A DNA stretch of 64,000 nucleotides from Acidobacteriota bacterium (GTDB lineage Bacteria; Acidobacteriota; UBA6911; RPQK01; JAJDTT01): NCBI GenBank assembly GCA_965217775.1, contig CBDCJH010000002.1, positions 96,001 through 160,000 of the forward strand, given 5' to 3'. A program made the translations under genes and the position numbers. The notes beneath the pieces are model-generated. The model was not told the origin of the DNA. It ran no database searches and saw only the letters and a program-made list of their open reading frames with translations. Numbering within the stretch: position 1 is the stretch's first letter; every line of letters begins with the position of its first letter. Shown piece by piece: positions 61,442-64,000 of the stretch.

Positions 61442-63358
61442 GTGAAGGACCCGAACTATCGAGTGGCGCCGCCGGGCTTTACCCTGGAACAGTGGGAGGA
61501 GTTCCTGGAACGGGGAATGCTCATCTTCAGAAACGCCCTCTCCAAGGAGGAGGTGGACCGGTACCTCGAGGCCATCGATCGAGTCTGCGCTTCGGACCCG
61601 AACTACCGGCCCGGCCAGGACTATCGTGTCACCAACGCCGTGACGGCGGACCCGGTCCTGAGCGAGCTCATCGACCATCCCCGTCACGTGGGATACGGTT
61701 ACGATCTGTACGGCGAGCTGCTGAAGGCGCAGCGTTCGGACTTCTTTGTCCGGCCCCGGAACACGGACCGGAGCACGTGGCATCCCGACTCCCCCCGGCC
61801 CACACCCTATGCCACCTTCTCGCCCGTGCTTCCCTTGCGGCTCTGCATCGGCTACTGGCTGACCGACCTGCCGCACACCGGCATGGCCAACTTCATCTAC
61901 CTGCCGGGAAGCCACAAGAGTCCGGTGTTCGAGCACTACTACACGCACCAGAGCGTTCCCGGCGAGGAGGCTCTCTGCGTGCCCGCCGGGACCATCACCG
62001 TCATGCATTGCGGGACCTGGCATCGGGTGGACGTCAACCGGACCGACGTGGTGCGGAAGAACATCTTCATCAGCTACTGTCCGTCCTGGCTCTGGGAAGG
62101 AGACCGGCGGCAGTGCGACCCGGAGTGGATCGCCACCCTGAACCGGGAGCAGAGAATCATCATGCGCAGCTTCCCGGAGGCGCATGACCGGACCAATCCT
62201 CAGGCGGAGGACATCCCGCTGTTCCTGAGCCGGGAGACCGGAACCGACTCCGACCCGGACGCCGATACCAGGATTCCGTTGCGTATCCGGAGGCGGCGCA
62301 CGATGCCGGAGAAGATTGGGTTCCGGAACGAACTGGAGCCCGATTCACCCCCCTCCGGCAACGGCCCTACGATCCCGACCATCCCCCGGAATATCGAGCC
62401 GGCGTTTCCCGTCGACCTCCCCCTGAGCCAGGTCCCGGGGAAGTTTCGAGAGCTCATCGGCCTGGACCACATTCCCGAGCGCGTCGCTTTCACCCTCCGG
62501 GAGGTGGGAGACGAGGAGCAGGAGGAAGGGCTGTGGGAGAGCCGTATCACCTTCCCCAACTATCTGGGAGAGGTGATCTCCGCCAGGTTCATCCGTCCGC
62601 GGGAACCGTCAGGCCCACTGGCCGGTCTGGTCTGCATGAACGGCACGGGCAGCACCGCCGACCAGGTCGCCCACGAACGCTACCATCGGCCCCGGCCCGA
62701 CGGCGGTCCGCTTTTTGGCTGGGGACGGGAACTGGCCCGCCGCGGTTACGCCATGTTGACCTTCACTCCCAAGGGCGCCGAGACGCGGCGAATCACCCTG
62801 GGGCGTTGGGAGGAAGAGAACCGGAGGCTGATCCCCTACGGCCGTTCCCAGATCGGTGTCATCGCCGACGAGGTGCTTCGAGCGGCCCGGGTACTGGGGG
62901 CCCTGGAGGGAGTCGACGCCGGCCGCATCGGGTTGGCCGGCATGTCGCTGGGTGGATGGGCCACTTGGCTGGGCATGGCGCTGGGAGACTGGATCCGGAC
63001 CGGCGCCTCCGTTTGCGGCGGGTTGGGGAGCCTGCGCATCAACATCCACGACGGCATGCCCGAACGCCACAGTTCGTTTGCCTACCTCCCCCACATGCTC
63101 CGCTATTTCGAGCATTGGGACATCGTGAACAGTTGCATCGCCCCGCGTCCCTTCATGATGTTGGCGCCCGCCGAAGACGAAGACATGCCCAAGGCCGGAG
63201 TCGACCGCTTGATCCAAGAGGTCGAACCCGTTTACGCCGCGGCCGGAAAGCCGGATCACTTCAAGGTCTACCAGCCCCCGGGCCGGCACGTCTTCAGGCT
63301 GGAGTACTTCGAGCTGGTGTGCCGGTGGTTCGACCGGTTCCTGGGAAGCCGGCCCTGA
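61442..63358 (+). CDS. fusion of PhyH-type Fe/2OG dioxygenase and alpha/beta hydrolase
   Basis: WHPDS (HxD), PGSHK, WHR; Pro-rich linker; GRELARRGY, GMSLGG, IAPRP, D...P and H.F motifs. Confidence 0.8.
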   Translation: MKDPNYRVAPPGFTLEQWEEFLERGMLIFRNALSKEEVDRYLEAIDRVCASDPNYRPGQDYRVTNAVTADPVLSELIDHPRHVGYGYDLYGELLKAQRSDFFVRPRNTDRSTWHPDSPRPTPYATFSPVLPLRLCIGYWLTDLPHTGMANFIYLPGSHKSPVFEHYYTHQSVPGEEALCVPAGTITVMHCGTWHRVDVNRTDVVRKNIFISYCPSWLWEGDRRQCDPEWIATLNREQRIIMRSFPEAHDRTNPQAEDIPLFLSRETGTDSDPDADTRIPLRIRRRRTMPEKIGFRNELEPDSPPSGNGPTIPTIPRNIEPAFPVDLPLSQVPGKFRELIGLDHIPERVAFTLREVGDEEQEEGLWESRITFPNYLGEVISARFIRPREPSGPLAGLVCMNGTGSTADQVAHERYHRPRPDGGPLFGWGRELARRGYAMLTFTPKGAETRRITLGRWEEENRRLIPYGRSQIGVIADEVLRAARVLGALEGVDAGRIGLAGMSLGGWATWLGMALGDWIRTGASVCGGLGSLRINIHDGMPERHSSFAYLPHMLRYFEHWDIVNSCIAPRPFMMLAPAEDEDMPKAGVDRLIQEVEPVYAAAGKPDHFKVYQPPGRHVFRLEYFELVCRWFDRFLGSRP

Positions 63359-63363
63359 CTTCC

Positions 63364-64000
63364 TCAATACACGTCCGGCGCTCCCAGGCTGGATCCCCCT
63401 TCGCCGATCGTGTGTTCCCGGACGTAGTCGAAGTCGATGTCGTCCCCCAGGCCGGGACGCTCGGGAACCTGGACGCAGCCGTCCGCGTCAATCGGATCGT
63501 ATAAGGTCTTCTGCCACGGAAAGGGGAGGTAGCGTTCGATCATGGGATGGAGCAGTCCCCACTCGTAGAACCAGCCGTTGTCCATGGTGCAGAGGACGTG
63601 CATGTTGTGCGGGCCGCCCCCATGCACCTCCATCCGGAGGTTGAAGGCCTGGGCCAGGTGGATCAGCTTCAGGATCGGCGTGATGCCCCCCACTTCGCCG
63701 GTGCCGCCCCGCAGCATGTCGGAGGCTCCGTTCACCACCCATTCCGCCCGGGACTGGTAACTGCCCTCCAGGTTTTCCGGTCCCAGCACCGCCATGTCCA
63801 ACTTGCTGTTGAGCCAGACGTAGGAGGACATGCTGTACTCGTTCATGGGTTCTTCGATCCAGAGAAAACCCAATTTCTCGATCTCCTTGGAGAGGTGGAG
63901 CGCCTCGATCCGGTCGTAGTGGTGATGGGGGTCCAGCATGAGCGTGATATCCGGCCCGACGGCTTCGCGGACGGCGGCACAGGCGGCCACGTCCCGCTTG
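63364..64000 (-). CDS. mandelate racemase/enolase superfamily protein (3' part, runs off window)
   Basis: VREAVG.DI.LMLD, WIEEP, GPE, GGIT, EVHG and PERPGLG motifs. Confidence 0.9.
   Translation of the reverse strand, partial: KRDVAACAAVREAVGPDITLMLDPHHHYDRIEALHLSKEIEKLGFLWIEEPMNEYSMSSYVWLNSKLDMAVLGPENLEGSYQSRAEWVVNGASDMLRGGTGEVGGITPILKLIHLAQAFNLRMEVHGGGPHNMHVLCTMDNGWFYEWGLLHPMIERYLPFPWQKTLYDPIDADGCVQVPERPGLGDDIDFDYVREHTIGEGGSSLGAPDVY

Overview
This is a GC-rich bacterial chromosome segment. Gene content suggests Acidobacteriota (inference): a SpoIVB-S55 plus beta-propeller gene pair, a standalone Fis-HTH, a Tes-like radical SAM and gldA/FG/DUF4340. Most of the window is housekeeping or envelope genes: msrB, yraN, lat, cysS, arnT-like, groEL/groES with CIRCE, purC, cvpA, smc, apbE flavinylation module, nfuA, ABC systems and peptidases. 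Accessory signals are: (1) a 3.2-kb IS481 element carrying decayed IS21 remnants, wedged between two REP half-sites; (2) a decayed BrnT toxin gene coupled (ATGA) to a 1483-aa protein with an antitoxin-like N-terminal peptide fused to a sacsin/GHKL ATPase and SF2 helicase; (3) seven full copies and one remnant of a ~158-bp hairpin MITE, five with exact 4-bp TSDs, one of which supplies the lat start codon; (4) a second 159-bp MITE with a CTAG TSD upstream of purC; (5) a tetraether lipid synthase (Tes) homolog divergent from nfuA; (6) a solitary SBD-HNH phosphorothioate-dependent restriction nuclease. No rRNA, tRNA or CRISPR array was seen. All calls come from reading motifs by eye; no database search was run.
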